The position numbers were made by a program, and so were the translations under genes. Below, one piece after another: positions 48,310-57,729 of a stretch of 64,000 bases of DNA. The stretch is from assembly GCA_964603455.1 (NCBI GenBank), contig CAZRVL010000004.1, positions 298 to 64,297 on the forward strand, in the 5' to 3' direction. Position 1 is the stretch's first letter. Each line of letters opens with the position of its first letter. Origin of the DNA: an uncultured Lachnospiraceae bacterium (GTDB lineage Bacteria > Bacillota > Clostridia > Oscillospirales > CAG-272). The notes beneath the pieces were generated by a model, which made no database searches, was not told the origin of the DNA, and worked only from the letters and a program-made list of their open reading frames with translations.

Positions 48310-49722
48310 TTATTTGGATAATGCTTCGTCTATTGCTTTTGCGGCAACCTTTCCGGCACCCATAGCGGAAATGACTGTTGCTGCTCCGGTAACTGCATCT
48401 CCTCCGGCATATACGCCTTCGCGAGTGGTCGCACCGGTAGCTTCTTCGACTATGATTCCGCCGCGGCGATTTACTTCGAGTCCTGCGGTAGTCGATTTTA
48501 TGAGCGGATTCGGGGATGTACCGATAGACATTATTACAGTATCGACATCAATGACGAATTCACTTCCCTCTACCGGGATAGGACTGCGTCTTCCGCGCTC
48601 ATCGGGTTCACCAAGCTCCATTCTGATGCACTTTATTCCGGTAACACGACCGTTCTTCGGATCACGCTTGTCATCGGGATTGTGGTAGCCGAGGATCTCG
48701 ACAGGGTTATTGAGAAGCTTAAATTCGATACCCTCTTCGATAGCATGCTCGACCTCTTCACGGCGTGCAGGAAGCTCTTCCATCGAGCGGCGGTAGATGA
48801 TGTACACCTTCTCTGCGCCAAGTCTCAGAGCCGTTCTGGCAGCGTCCATAGCAACGTTTCCGCCACCGACTACAGCGACCTTACCGCCCTTTGATATAGG
48901 AGTTACCGGATCATCGCGGTATGCCTTCATAAGGTTCGAACGAGTGAGAAATTCGTTTGCGGAGTATACTCCCTTGAGGCTTTCGCCGGGGATATTCATG
49001 AAGTTCGGAAGACCTGCGCCGGATCCGATGAATACAGCTTCATATCCACGTTCGAAAAGTTCGTCTACCGTGAGAGTTTTGCCGATGACGATATTTGTTT
49101 CGACATCAACACCCATTGCTTTGAGGTTATCGACTTCCTTCTGAACTATTGTTTTGGGAAGTCTGAATTCGGGGATACCGTATACGAGAACACCGCCGGC
49201 AGTATGGAGAGCTTCGAATACCGTGACCTTGTAGCCCTTCTTTGCGAGGTCTCCGGCACAGGTGAGACCGGAAGGACCTGAGCCTACGACAGCTACCTTG
49301 TGTCCGTTCGGAGCTTCGCATTTCGGAGCTTCACCCGAATGTGCATTATGCCAGTCGGCAACGAAGCGTTCGAGTCGTCCGATACCCACAGGCTCGCCTT
49401 TCAAGCCGCGGACACACTTTGATTCGCACTGTGTTTCCTGCGGGCAGACTCTTCCGCATACCGCAGGAAGGGTCGAAGTTTTGGATATTATCTGATATGC
49501 GCCCTCAAAATCGCCTTCTTTGATCTTTGCGATAAATTCGGGAATATGGATGTTTACCGGACATCCGGTAACGCAGGGCATATTTTTGCAGTTGAGGCAG
49601 CGCATAGCTTCATCGAGAGCAGTTTCTTCGGTATATCCGAGTGCGACTTCCTTGAAGTTATGAGCTCTTACCTCGGGCTCCTGAGAGGGCATAGGGTTCT
49701 TTTTATTTGACATATTCGGCAT
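48310..49722 (-). CDS. nfnB: NADPH-dependent glutamate synthase small-subunit-like oxidoreductase (NfnB/SudA type)
   Basis: N-terminal Fe-S Cys clusters (CLNCKNMPCVTGCP, CGRVCPQETQCESKC), two dinucleotide folds (VVGSGPSG, VVGGGNVAMD); ATG 49722 with a GAAAGGAAAA RBS. Confidence 0.75.
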   Translation of the reverse strand: MPNMSNKKNPMPSQEPEVRAHNFKEVALGYTEETALDEAMRCLNCKNMPCVTGCPVNIHIPEFIAKIKEGDFEGAYQIISKTSTLPAVCGRVCPQETQCESKCVRGLKGEPVGIGRLERFVADWHNAHSGEAPKCEAPNGHKVAVVGSGPSGLTCAGDLAKKGYKVTVFEALHTAGGVLVYGIPEFRLPKTIVQKEVDNLKAMGVDVETNIVIGKTLTVDELFERGYEAVFIGSGAGLPNFMNIPGESLKGVYSANEFLTRSNLMKAYRDDPVTPISKGGKVAVVGGGNVAMDAARTALRLGAEKVYIIYRRSMEELPARREEVEHAIEEGIEFKLLNNPVEILGYHNPDDKRDPKNGRVTGIKCIRMELGEPDERGRRSPIPVEGSEFVIDVDTVIMSIGTSPNPLIKSTTAGLEVNRRGGIIVEEATGATTREGVYAGGDAVTGAATVISAMGAGKVAAKAIDEALSK

Positions 49723-49747
49723 GGTTGATTTTCCTTTCGACGGTTGA

Positions 49748-50584
49748 TTACTGTTTGTTGAAGAGATTGCAGGTTTCTTCGTATGCGTGGCGTTCGAAAT
49801 CGCGGTACATAGTTCCGCGCTCCATTGCCGAGTCAAAATCGACTTCATATCCATCGAAATCCGGACCGTCTACGCAGGCGAATTTTGTTTTTCCGCCGAC
49901 TATAAGACGGCATCCGCCGCACATTCCGGTGCCATCGATCATTATGGGGTTCATAGATACTATGCAGGGTATATTTGTCGGTCGTACCGCTTCAACGACG
50001 AATTTCATCATGATGAGCGGACCTATCGTTATGACTTTATCGAATTTTTCACCTGCTTCGAACATTTCGTTGAGCGGCAGACATACATTTCCCTGTCTTC
50101 CGTAAGAGCCGTCATCGGTCATTACAAAGAGCTTTGTAGAGGCTTTTTTAAATTCGTCCTCGAGGATAAGCAGGTCTTTATTTCTGAAGCCTATTACGGA
50201 TGTGACCTCACATCCCATTTCATGAAGTGCTTCGGCTATCGGGAGAGCTATCGCACATCCGACACCTCCGCCGACTATGCAGACTTTTTTGAGTCCTTCA
50301 AGCTCGGTAGCTGTTCCGAGAGGACCGACAAAATCACTGATGTATTCGCCGGCTTCCTTGTGATTGAGCTTAAGTGTTGTAGCTCCTACTATCTGGAATA
50401 TTATTTTTACAGTTCCGGCGGCTCTGTCATAGCCTGCGATCGTCAATGGGATGCGTTCGCCATCTTCATCAACTCTCAGGATTATGAACTGTCCCGGCTG
50501 CGCTTTTGCCGCAACGAGCGGTGCTTCTATATCCATCATTGTGACGGTGGGATTCAGTGGCTTTTTGTTTACTATTTTGTACAT
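49748..50584 (-). CDS. nfnA: ferredoxin-NADP reductase-like FAD/NAD-binding subunit (NfnA/SudB type)
   Basis: PyrK/sulfide dehydrogenase-like fold (GQFIILRVDEDGERIPLTI, VGGGVGCAI), C-terminal Cys cluster CGGCRL...C; paired with the nfnB-like gene. Confidence 0.75.
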   Translation of the reverse strand: MYKIVNKKPLNPTVTMMDIEAPLVAAKAQPGQFIILRVDEDGERIPLTIAGYDRAAGTVKIIFQIVGATTLKLNHKEAGEYISDFVGPLGTATELEGLKKVCIVGGGVGCAIALPIAEALHEMGCEVTSVIGFRNKDLLILEDEFKKASTKLFVMTDDGSYGRQGNVCLPLNEMFEAGEKFDKVITIGPLIMMKFVVEAVRPTNIPCIVSMNPIMIDGTGMCGGCRLIVGGKTKFACVDGPDFDGYEVDFDSAMERGTMYRDFERHAYEETCNLFNKQ

Positions 50585-50686
50585 GAAAATTTCTCCTTGA
50601 TCGGAAATTGTCTGCGGTGATGCTCCGCTTGTTATTTTAGATGCTTATTCAACGCCGGTCGATTGGCGGAATCGATCTATAATAAT

Positions 50687-50716
50687 ATTATACCACACTT
50701 GAGGGGGAAAAAGCAA
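50687..50716 (-). promoter_or_regulatory. nfnAB promoter
   Basis: Minus strand TTGCTT (50711-50716), 18 nt, TGTGG-TATAAT (TATAAT at 50687-50692). Confidence 0.6.
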
Positions 50717-50966
50717 TAGTAAATCCTGTATAATTATTGAATTTTTAAAATTTATTTCGTGAATCGGCTCAAAATATAAGGATGGCACGACGCAGTTTGC
50801 GATTTGATGTGCTTAAATCGTCAGGATTTGTCATTCCCGATATTTCCCGATACTAAAGTCCATACATTAAACGACATACCTTTTTTTGGAAATATGGTAT
50901 AATATCTTCACAAACCGCATAGCATGAAATGAATGCGGAAATTCAAGGATCGAGAGGAAATAAAAA

Positions 50967-53342
50967 ATGGCAATCGGGAAAAATATGACTGTGCCTTCGG
51001 GCAAAAAAGAAGAGATCGGAGTATCGGTACATCCGATGACAATTTTAAAGAATGCCGCTATGGCAGCGGTGGCACTGCTTTTTGGCTTGGCACAGGGGAT
51101 GTTCGGTTGTTATCCGCTTGGTATCTCGCTGCTCGCAGCCATAGACAGAATGGCTGTGCCGGTATATATGGGACTTATCGTGTCTTCGCTTTTTTCAAAG
51201 GGATATGCTGCGGCACTTTTGATCACATATACTGTTGGCATAATGCTGAGAGCGGCTGCTTCTGCAATCTTGTCCTCAGATGAAATAAAGCCGAAATCGT
51301 TATTATATGCGCTGTTTGACAAAAAATCGGTGCTCTTTAAGGAATCATTGCTTGTAAGGTCTGCTGTATCAGCTATAACTGCATTTGCCTTTGGATTGTT
51401 CAGGCTCATATCCGGCGGCTTTCTGTATTATGATCTTTTCGGACTTCTTGTAGGAACACTTCTCTGCCCTGTATTGACATTCGGACTTTCGCTGCTTTTT
51501 TGTGATAACGAGAAATATTTTGCCAAGAGATCGGTCGGGATCGTCACGTTTGTACTTATGTTGATCTATTCGTTGCGAGGATACACGGTATTTGGATTCT
51601 CTCCGTCATTCTTAGCTTCGCTCGGAACGGCATTTTGGGCAGCTTCATCCGGCGGCATCGAGGGTGCGCTTAGAGGATGCGCCGTTGGACTTGTCGGAGG
51701 TTTGGTATCCGGATCAGATCCTGCACTTTTTGCCTGCGGTGGGCTGGCTGTGGGGCTTTTGTGGAGATTTTCAAAGGCTGTTGCTGCCGCTGCCGGAGCT
51801 ATAGTTCCACTGATGCTTGGGCTTTCCAATGAAGGCTTTGAAGCTCTCAGATCTGTGTTGCCGGATACCTTGGGGACGGTGACTGTTTTTATGCCGTTAT
51901 CGTATTATGGATTGCTGCCAAAAGCTCCGATATTTGCTCAATCTGATCCGTTAATGGAGGATAATGAAGCTGTGATACTTGAGAAAAAGCAGGCTGATAC
52001 CTTGCTTAGGATGAATTCGCTTTCGGGTGCGCTTGGGAGACTTTCGGATATAATATATACGCTTTCTGACAGATTGAGAAGACCCGGAATAATTGATCTT
52101 AAGCAGATATGTGATGCTGCATTTGACGATCATTGCAGCAGATGTTCACTGTCATCTCTTTGCCTTGAGAGGGAGTGTACATCTTCGCTTGATGCGAGAG
52201 CAAAGATCACGACCGGGCTTTATAAGACCGGTCGTGTAGAGGCGGATTCTGTTCCGGGATGGCTGCGAGAGAGATGCTATAATATCGATCATATAATTTC
52301 GGATATTGATAGGAAAACTGCCGAACTGGTTGAAAATCTGATCAAAAATGATAAGACAGAGGCTTTCGCTATAGATTATGAATCTTTGTCAAAGCTGCTG
52401 GCAGATTCAATTGCCGAAAACGATGCGGAATATCGTGTGGATACCGAGCTGACCGAGAAGCTTCGGCGTTCTTTGAAATATATGGATATGCCACACGCGA
52501 GAGTGCTTTGCTGGGGCGCAAGAAGAAAGCAGGTGTATATAAGCGGTGTAGAGCTTGCCGGATTGAGACTCGGAGCGGACGAGATACGCAAAATGACCGA
52601 GAATATTCTGCATACTAAGCTGATCCGTCCGAGCTTTAATATCGATGGAGACAAGGTGGAGCTGTCGATGTCAGCTGCGCGGCGATATTGTGTCGAATGC
52701 GCACAGGCTACAAATGTGCGTGAAAGTGAGAGCGCGAACGGAGACACAGCCTTGAATTTCGAGACCCGTGAGGATTATTTTTATTCGATGATCTCGGATG
52801 GAATGGGGAGCGGACGAGAAGCCGCATTGACATCTAAGCTGTGTGGTGTATTTGCCGAGCAACTTTTGACGGGTGGAAACGGCAAAGCGATCACGCTTGA
52901 AATGCTTCATGGATTTTTACGCAGCCGTCCGGGAGAATGCTCTGCGACTATTGATCTTGTTGAGATAGATCTGTTGTCCGGAAAGGCGGCATTTGTAAAA
53001 AGCGGTGCTGCACCATCGTTTGTTTTGAGAAATGGTAATTTATATAAGCTTCAATCCAAGACTGTGCCGATAGGCATTATGCCTGCGCTCGATGCAGAGC
53101 AGATAAAATTTGATCTTGAGAGCGGAGATGTTATAATTATGCTAAGCGACGGAGTTGCGCAATCGCTTGAAGACGGCGTATGGCTGGCGAATATGCTGAC
53201 ATATGAGTGGATAGATGATCTTCATCTCATGGCGGAGAAAATATTGGACGGAGCTGCGCTGAATAATCCGAGAAGTGATGATATGACCTCGGTGCTTATA
53301 AAGGTATGTGATGCCGATGAAAGCGTGAACAGAGACGAATAA
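50967..53342 (+). CDS. spoIIE: stage II sporulation protein E (PP2C phosphatase, polytopic membrane)
   Basis: About 10 N-terminal TM segments, central domain, C-terminal PP2C (SMISDGMGSGREAA, IMLSDGV, DDMTSVLIK). Confidence 0.9.
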   Translation: MAIGKNMTVPSGKKEEIGVSVHPMTILKNAAMAAVALLFGLAQGMFGCYPLGISLLAAIDRMAVPVYMGLIVSSLFSKGYAAALLITYTVGIMLRAAASAILSSDEIKPKSLLYALFDKKSVLFKESLLVRSAVSAITAFAFGLFRLISGGFLYYDLFGLLVGTLLCPVLTFGLSLLFCDNEKYFAKRSVGIVTFVLMLIYSLRGYTVFGFSPSFLASLGTAFWAASSGGIEGALRGCAVGLVGGLVSGSDPALFACGGLAVGLLWRFSKAVAAAAGAIVPLMLGLSNEGFEALRSVLPDTLGTVTVFMPLSYYGLLPKAPIFAQSDPLMEDNEAVILEKKQADTLLRMNSLSGALGRLSDIIYTLSDRLRRPGIIDLKQICDAAFDDHCSRCSLSSLCLERECTSSLDARAKITTGLYKTGRVEADSVPGWLRERCYNIDHIISDIDRKTAELVENLIKNDKTEAFAIDYESLSKLLADSIAENDAEYRVDTELTEKLRRSLKYMDMPHARVLCWGARRKQVYISGVELAGLRLGADEIRKMTENILHTKLIRPSFNIDGDKVELSMSAARRYCVECAQATNVRESESANGDTALNFETREDYFYSMISDGMGSGREAALTSKLCGVFAEQLLTGGNGKAITLEMLHGFLRSRPGECSATIDLVEIDLLSGKAAFVKSGAAPSFVLRNGNLYKLQSKTVPIGIMPALDAEQIKFDLESGDVIIMLSDGVAQSLEDGVWLANMLTYEWIDDLHLMAEKILDGAALNNPRSDDMTSVLIKVCDADESVNRDE

Positions 53343-53482
53343 TGTTCGCAAGCATCAACTGTGCTCGATTTTTTCAATATAAATCGTATGCAATTTATCT
53401 TAAAAATATAAATCCAAGTTGACAAATCAAGAGGAGTGTGATATAATATGTTTTGATTAAATTAAAACGTGAGGTCTAAAAG

Positions 53483-54139
53483 ATGATTACAAAAGAAAAA
53501 GCTGCTGCCATTGTGGCAGAGCTTGAAAAGATATATCCGCAGGCGCAATGCGCGCTTGAATCCGATGGAGAGGGATGGAAGCTGTTGATAATGGGAAGAC
53601 TTTCGGCACAGTGTACCGATGCACGAGTAAACATCGTTTGCCGGGAGCTGTTCGCGAAATTTCCAACGATTGAATCGATTGCAGCTTGCGATCTTTCCAA
53701 GCTCGAAGAAATAGTGCGCCCCTGCGGATTATATCGGACTAAGGCTAAAAATATTCGCGATGCTTGCAAAATGGTAATAGACGATTACAACGGCAAGATT
53801 CCAGACAGCATGGATGAACTTTTGAAACTGCCTGGAGTTGGAAGAAAAATTGCCAATCTGCTTCTCGGAGATATTTATAAAAAGCCTGCGATAGTCGCGG
53901 ATACTCATTGTATAAGGATCTGTGGACGACTTGGATTTTATCCTGAAAGTTTGAAAGACCCGGTGAAAGTCGAAAAAATTCTCGTCCCGATCATAGAACC
54001 GGAAAAGTCCTCGGATTTTTGTCACAGGATCGTGAGCTTTGGACGGGATGTCTGCACGGCGAGAAGCCCAAAATGCGAGAAGTGTCAGCTTTTTAAACTG
54101 TGTGAGCATAGCACAAACAATTCGGAAGATGTAGATTAA
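53483..54139 (+). CDS. nth: endonuclease III
   Basis: HhH-GPD (LPGVGRKIANLLLGD) and 4Fe-4S cluster loop CTARSPKCEKCQLFKLC. Confidence 0.93.
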   Translation: MITKEKAAAIVAELEKIYPQAQCALESDGEGWKLLIMGRLSAQCTDARVNIVCRELFAKFPTIESIAACDLSKLEEIVRPCGLYRTKAKNIRDACKMVIDDYNGKIPDSMDELLKLPGVGRKIANLLLGDIYKKPAIVADTHCIRICGRLGFYPESLKDPVKVEKILVPIIEPEKSSDFCHRIVSFGRDVCTARSPKCEKCQLFKLCEHSTNNSEDVD

Positions 54140-54149
54140 ACGTATACTG

Positions 54150-54560
54150 TCAATCTGTAAATGAAAACATTTCCGAAATTATTTCGCGATCTTCAAAGGT
54201 GAGTTCGGAAACGACTTTTTCTTCGGCTGCTTTCATAATGTCAAACGCCTTTGAACAGCACTTGATGCCGGCAGGTGTTATCGCGACAAGCTGTATTCGC
54301 CTATCCTCGCCGTCGCGTGAGAGCGTTATTAGTTTTTTCGCTGCGAGTCTTGATACGATTCCGGCTACAGTTGCCTGCGATAGCCCGATTGCCGCTTCAA
54401 GTTTTTTCTGAGGCAGAAGCGTGTCGGTGGAATTATTTAAAATTATTAGAAGCTGAGCTTGCGAGGCTGTCAAGCCGAGCGGTTTTAAAGCACGATTGGC
54501 TTCCGCCTCAAAACGGCTTACTATGAGTTTTAATGTGTGTCCTATTGGATATAATTTCAT
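54150..54560 (-). CDS. MarR family transcriptional regulator
   Basis: wHTH pattern (LTASQAQLLIIL..., LSQATVAGIVSRLAAKKLI, DRRI). Confidence 0.85.
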   Translation of the reverse strand: MKLYPIGHTLKLIVSRFEAEANRALKPLGLTASQAQLLIILNNSTDTLLPQKKLEAAIGLSQATVAGIVSRLAAKKLITLSRDGEDRRIQLVAITPAGIKCCSKAFDIMKAAEEKVVSELTFEDREIISEMFSFTD

Positions 54561-54611
54561 GTGATTACCTTACTTTTGCCAAGTCAAATGTATGCAATTG
54601 GCGGATTGATT

Positions 54612-55412
54612 TTAAAAAAATACACGTTTTACAGAGATACAGTTTCCGGAACTGTCGAGATCGAAAATTGCACCATGTGCCTTGATCTCTCCGTCTGCAA
54701 ATTCGAATTTTACCGGAAGTTTTGTACGAAGTTTTTCGATTATTATCTCGGAGCGAACACCCAGAATACTATTTTCCGTACCTGTCATTCCGAGATCTGT
54801 GATGTACCCGCTTTTTCGAGGAAGAATCTGCTCATCTGCGGTTTGAACGTGTGTATGAGTGCCGAAAATACAGGAAATTTTACCATCGAAATATCTCGCC
54901 AATGCTAATTTTTCACTTGTTGCTTCGGCGTGAATGTCTAAAATCGAAAAATCATAGCGCCCTTTTTCGCGTTCTAGTATTCGTTCAACTGTTGCGAACG
55001 GACAAGCCATAGACTCCATATAAATCGTGCCGAGAATGTTTATTACCAAAACTTGAAATCCAGTTATGTTTATTATTGTGTAACCGTTTCCAGGGGTATC
55101 TGATGGATAATTCGCCGGGCGTATGAGATAATTACTGTTTTCGATGTAATCGCGAATCTCTTTTTTCTTAAATATATGATTTCCGCCGGTCAGAACATCG
55201 CACCCGGATTTTAGCAAAGATTCTGCGCTTTGTGGGTCTAATCCATTGCCGATTGCTGCGTTTTCTGCATTACAGATAACCATATCGATCTGATTTTCTT
55301 TTCTGAATTTCCACAGATGTGTGGAAAGATGCTTCACTGCAAGTGGGCTGACAACGTCGCCGATGGTTAAAATTCGAAAAGAACAATTAAATGCACGCTG
55401 TTGAATCATCAT
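54612..55412 (-). CDS. ymdB: YmdB-like metallophosphoesterase (2',3'-cyclic-nucleotide 2'-phosphodiesterase family)
   Basis: FRILTIGDVV, NAENAAIGNG, TGGNHIF, GTHTHVQTADE motifs. Confidence 0.88.
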   Translation of the reverse strand: MMIQQRAFNCSFRILTIGDVVSPLAVKHLSTHLWKFRKENQIDMVICNAENAAIGNGLDPQSAESLLKSGCDVLTGGNHIFKKKEIRDYIENSNYLIRPANYPSDTPGNGYTIINITGFQVLVINILGTIYMESMACPFATVERILEREKGRYDFSILDIHAEATSEKLALARYFDGKISCIFGTHTHVQTADEQILPRKSGYITDLGMTGTENSILGVRSEIIIEKLRTKLPVKFEFADGEIKAHGAIFDLDSSGNCISVKRVFF

Positions 55413-56408
55413 TTAATTTGGCACCTGCCTGTTCTTTAGATTATTTACGGCTGCTTCATCAGCCTTCAATGCCCAGTATGTAGATTCTACGCACGATTCC
55501 TTCGTTAAATGGTTCGATTTCCCGGAGATCTGCTCTAAAAAATCTTCGAATATATCACCGGCAGGTTCATTTGGCAGAATCGATACCTCATTAGTTTCGT
55601 CTGAAATCAATGTCGCTTTACCATCGGTTATTTCAACTATGCCTTTTGTTCCAACAACTCTGAGACGATCATCACCGTGCGTCGGCGCGATGCTTGGACG
55701 GTACATATCGGCTGTAACCGTTGCAATAACATCATTTGTCATAAGAAATTGTGCGGCAGAAGTGATGTCCATATCGCCGTTACCGCCATTTTCAATGCGA
55801 GAAATGAATGCGCTACCGAGACTTGTATAATTCTCACCGGAGATCCATTTCATCCAATCGATAGCATGGATTGCAACCCATGGAATTATGCCGCAGTATG
55901 TTTCACGCGAAGAATAAAATGTAGGTCTTTTTCCGAGACGATATGACTTTCTTGAATCCATCATACGTATCGTTCCAATTTTCCCTTGCGCGATTGCTGA
56001 TTTTGCTGCTTTGAATGCCGGATTGACTCGCATATCAAACATCGCGGCGAGTGTTGCTCGGTTGCATTTGGAAATTTTAGCAAGTGTTTCGAAATCTGTA
56101 GCAACGGGTTTATCGCAAAAAACGTTTATACCATGTTCCAAAGCATAAAGAACGATATTTCCGTGGTCTGTAAACCACGAATCAACTATCACTATATCTG
56201 GCTGTTCAACAGCTAACATTTCTTTCCAACTTTTATATAGTTTCGGCGACAATCCCTTTTCATGCAGACTGCTGCAAAAATTGGGCATTCCTTCGGCTTC
56301 GAGCCCAAAATTTCCGGAAGAAATTCCACAGAAATCCAATTCATGTGCCACTATCCCTGGGTATGCGTAAGCACAATGCCCGGCATGTCCGATTTGAACG
56401 ATTTTCAT
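55413..56408 (-). CDS. Gfo/Idh/MocA family oxidoreductase
   Basis: N-terminal Rossmann-like domain with EKP-type motif (FCDKPVA) and a C-terminal alpha/beta domain. Confidence 0.7.
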   Translation of the reverse strand: MKIVQIGHAGHCAYAYPGIVAHELDFCGISSGNFGLEAEGMPNFCSSLHEKGLSPKLYKSWKEMLAVEQPDIVIVDSWFTDHGNIVLYALEHGINVFCDKPVATDFETLAKISKCNRATLAAMFDMRVNPAFKAAKSAIAQGKIGTIRMMDSRKSYRLGKRPTFYSSRETYCGIIPWVAIHAIDWMKWISGENYTSLGSAFISRIENGGNGDMDITSAAQFLMTNDVIATVTADMYRPSIAPTHGDDRLRVVGTKGIVEITDGKATLISDETNEVSILPNEPAGDIFEDFLEQISGKSNHLTKESCVESTYWALKADEAAVNNLKNRQVPN

Positions 56409-56445
56409 AATTTACTATCACTACCTCCTAAATATAAATTGCACA

Positions 56446-57729
56446 CTATTTTTCTTTGATTTTATCCCAATACTGTTTTGCAGCCTGCTCGGTCTTGTTT
56501 GTGCCAAATTTGTAATAATTGACATTTATTAAATCGTCCGGCAGATATTGCTGCTTGACCCAATCGTTTGGATAATCATGCGGATATTTATACCCTTCAA
56601 AACGCGGACTGCGCAAATGCTTTGGAACATTTTGTCCCTTCCCCGCGGATATATCGGCTAACGCGCTGTTCATCGCAGAATATGCGGTATTGGATTTTGG
56701 CGCAGTTGCAAGCATTATGGCTGCGTTTGCTAATGGAATTCTGGCCTCTGGCAGTCCGAGTTCTCGCGCGCTGTCTACGCATGATTTTACTATGACAGCT
56801 GCCATTGGATATGCCAATCCGATGTCCTCACTTGCGATAACCTGAAGCCTTCGACAAGCCGAAATTAAGTCTCCGCCTTCGAGAATTTTTGCAAGATAAA
56901 ATACGGCAGCATCTGGATCTGAGCCGCGGATTGATTTTTGAAGGCAAGACAACAAATCATAGTGAACATCGCCTGCACGATCGAAATTTCCCAAAACTTT
57001 TGGAGTTAAATCATCCAAAATTTTCTTTGTTACTCGATTGCCTTCGGCTTGTGCAAGATAAAATGCGTTTTCAAGCAATCCTATGCCCTTTCGAACATCA
57101 CCGGATGCACAATTCGAAAGATAATTCAGTGCATCGTCTGCAATCGTAACTGCATTTTGATCGCTTGCGATTTGACTGGAACTATTAAGCAGATTTAATG
57201 CGCGCAACAGTGCCGGAATAATGTCGGACGACAGAATCGGCGTAAATTCAAATACTGCGGAACGCGAAATGATAGCGTTGTATACATAAAAATATGGATT
57301 CTCGGTTGTCGAAGCTATGAGAGTGATACGCCCATCTTCGATATATTCCAACAGCGATTGCTGCTGCTTTTTATTGAAATATTGTATCTCATCAAGGTAT
57401 AGTAATATTCCATTGCTGCCGAACATGGTTACGGTTTCATCAATTATTGATTTCACGTCAGAAAGTGACGCAGTTGTAGCATTTAAACGCCGTAATGTCA
57501 TGCCGGAGTGTTCAGCTATTATGTTTGCCGCCGTTGTTTTTCCTGTCCCGGGCGGTCCGAAAAATATCATATTTGTGATATGACCCGATTCGACCATTTT
57601 TCGGAGAATGCCATTTTTTCCGACTAACTTTTGTTGACCGACCATATCATCGAAATTTGTCGGTCTTATGCGGTCGGCGAGTGGTTGATTCACTTGATTT
57701 CTCCTATTCCGATGCTGAAGTAACACCAT
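56446..57729 (-). CDS. rarA: replication-associated recombination protein RarA (AAA+ ATPase)
   Basis: PLADRIRP...VGQ, Walker A GPPGTGKTT, LDEIQYFNK, C-terminal MgsA domain; overlaps the recG end by 26 nt. Confidence 0.92.
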   Translation of the reverse strand: MVLLQHRNRRNQVNQPLADRIRPTNFDDMVGQQKLVGKNGILRKMVESGHITNMIFFGPPGTGKTTAANIIAEHSGMTLRRLNATTASLSDVKSIIDETVTMFGSNGILLYLDEIQYFNKKQQQSLLEYIEDGRITLIASTTENPYFYVYNAIISRSAVFEFTPILSSDIIPALLRALNLLNSSSQIASDQNAVTIADDALNYLSNCASGDVRKGIGLLENAFYLAQAEGNRVTKKILDDLTPKVLGNFDRAGDVHYDLLSCLQKSIRGSDPDAAVFYLAKILEGGDLISACRRLQVIASEDIGLAYPMAAVIVKSCVDSARELGLPEARIPLANAAIMLATAPKSNTAYSAMNSALADISAGKGQNVPKHLRSPRFEGYKYPHDYPNDWVKQQYLPDDLINVNYYKFGTNKTEQAAKQYWDKIKEK

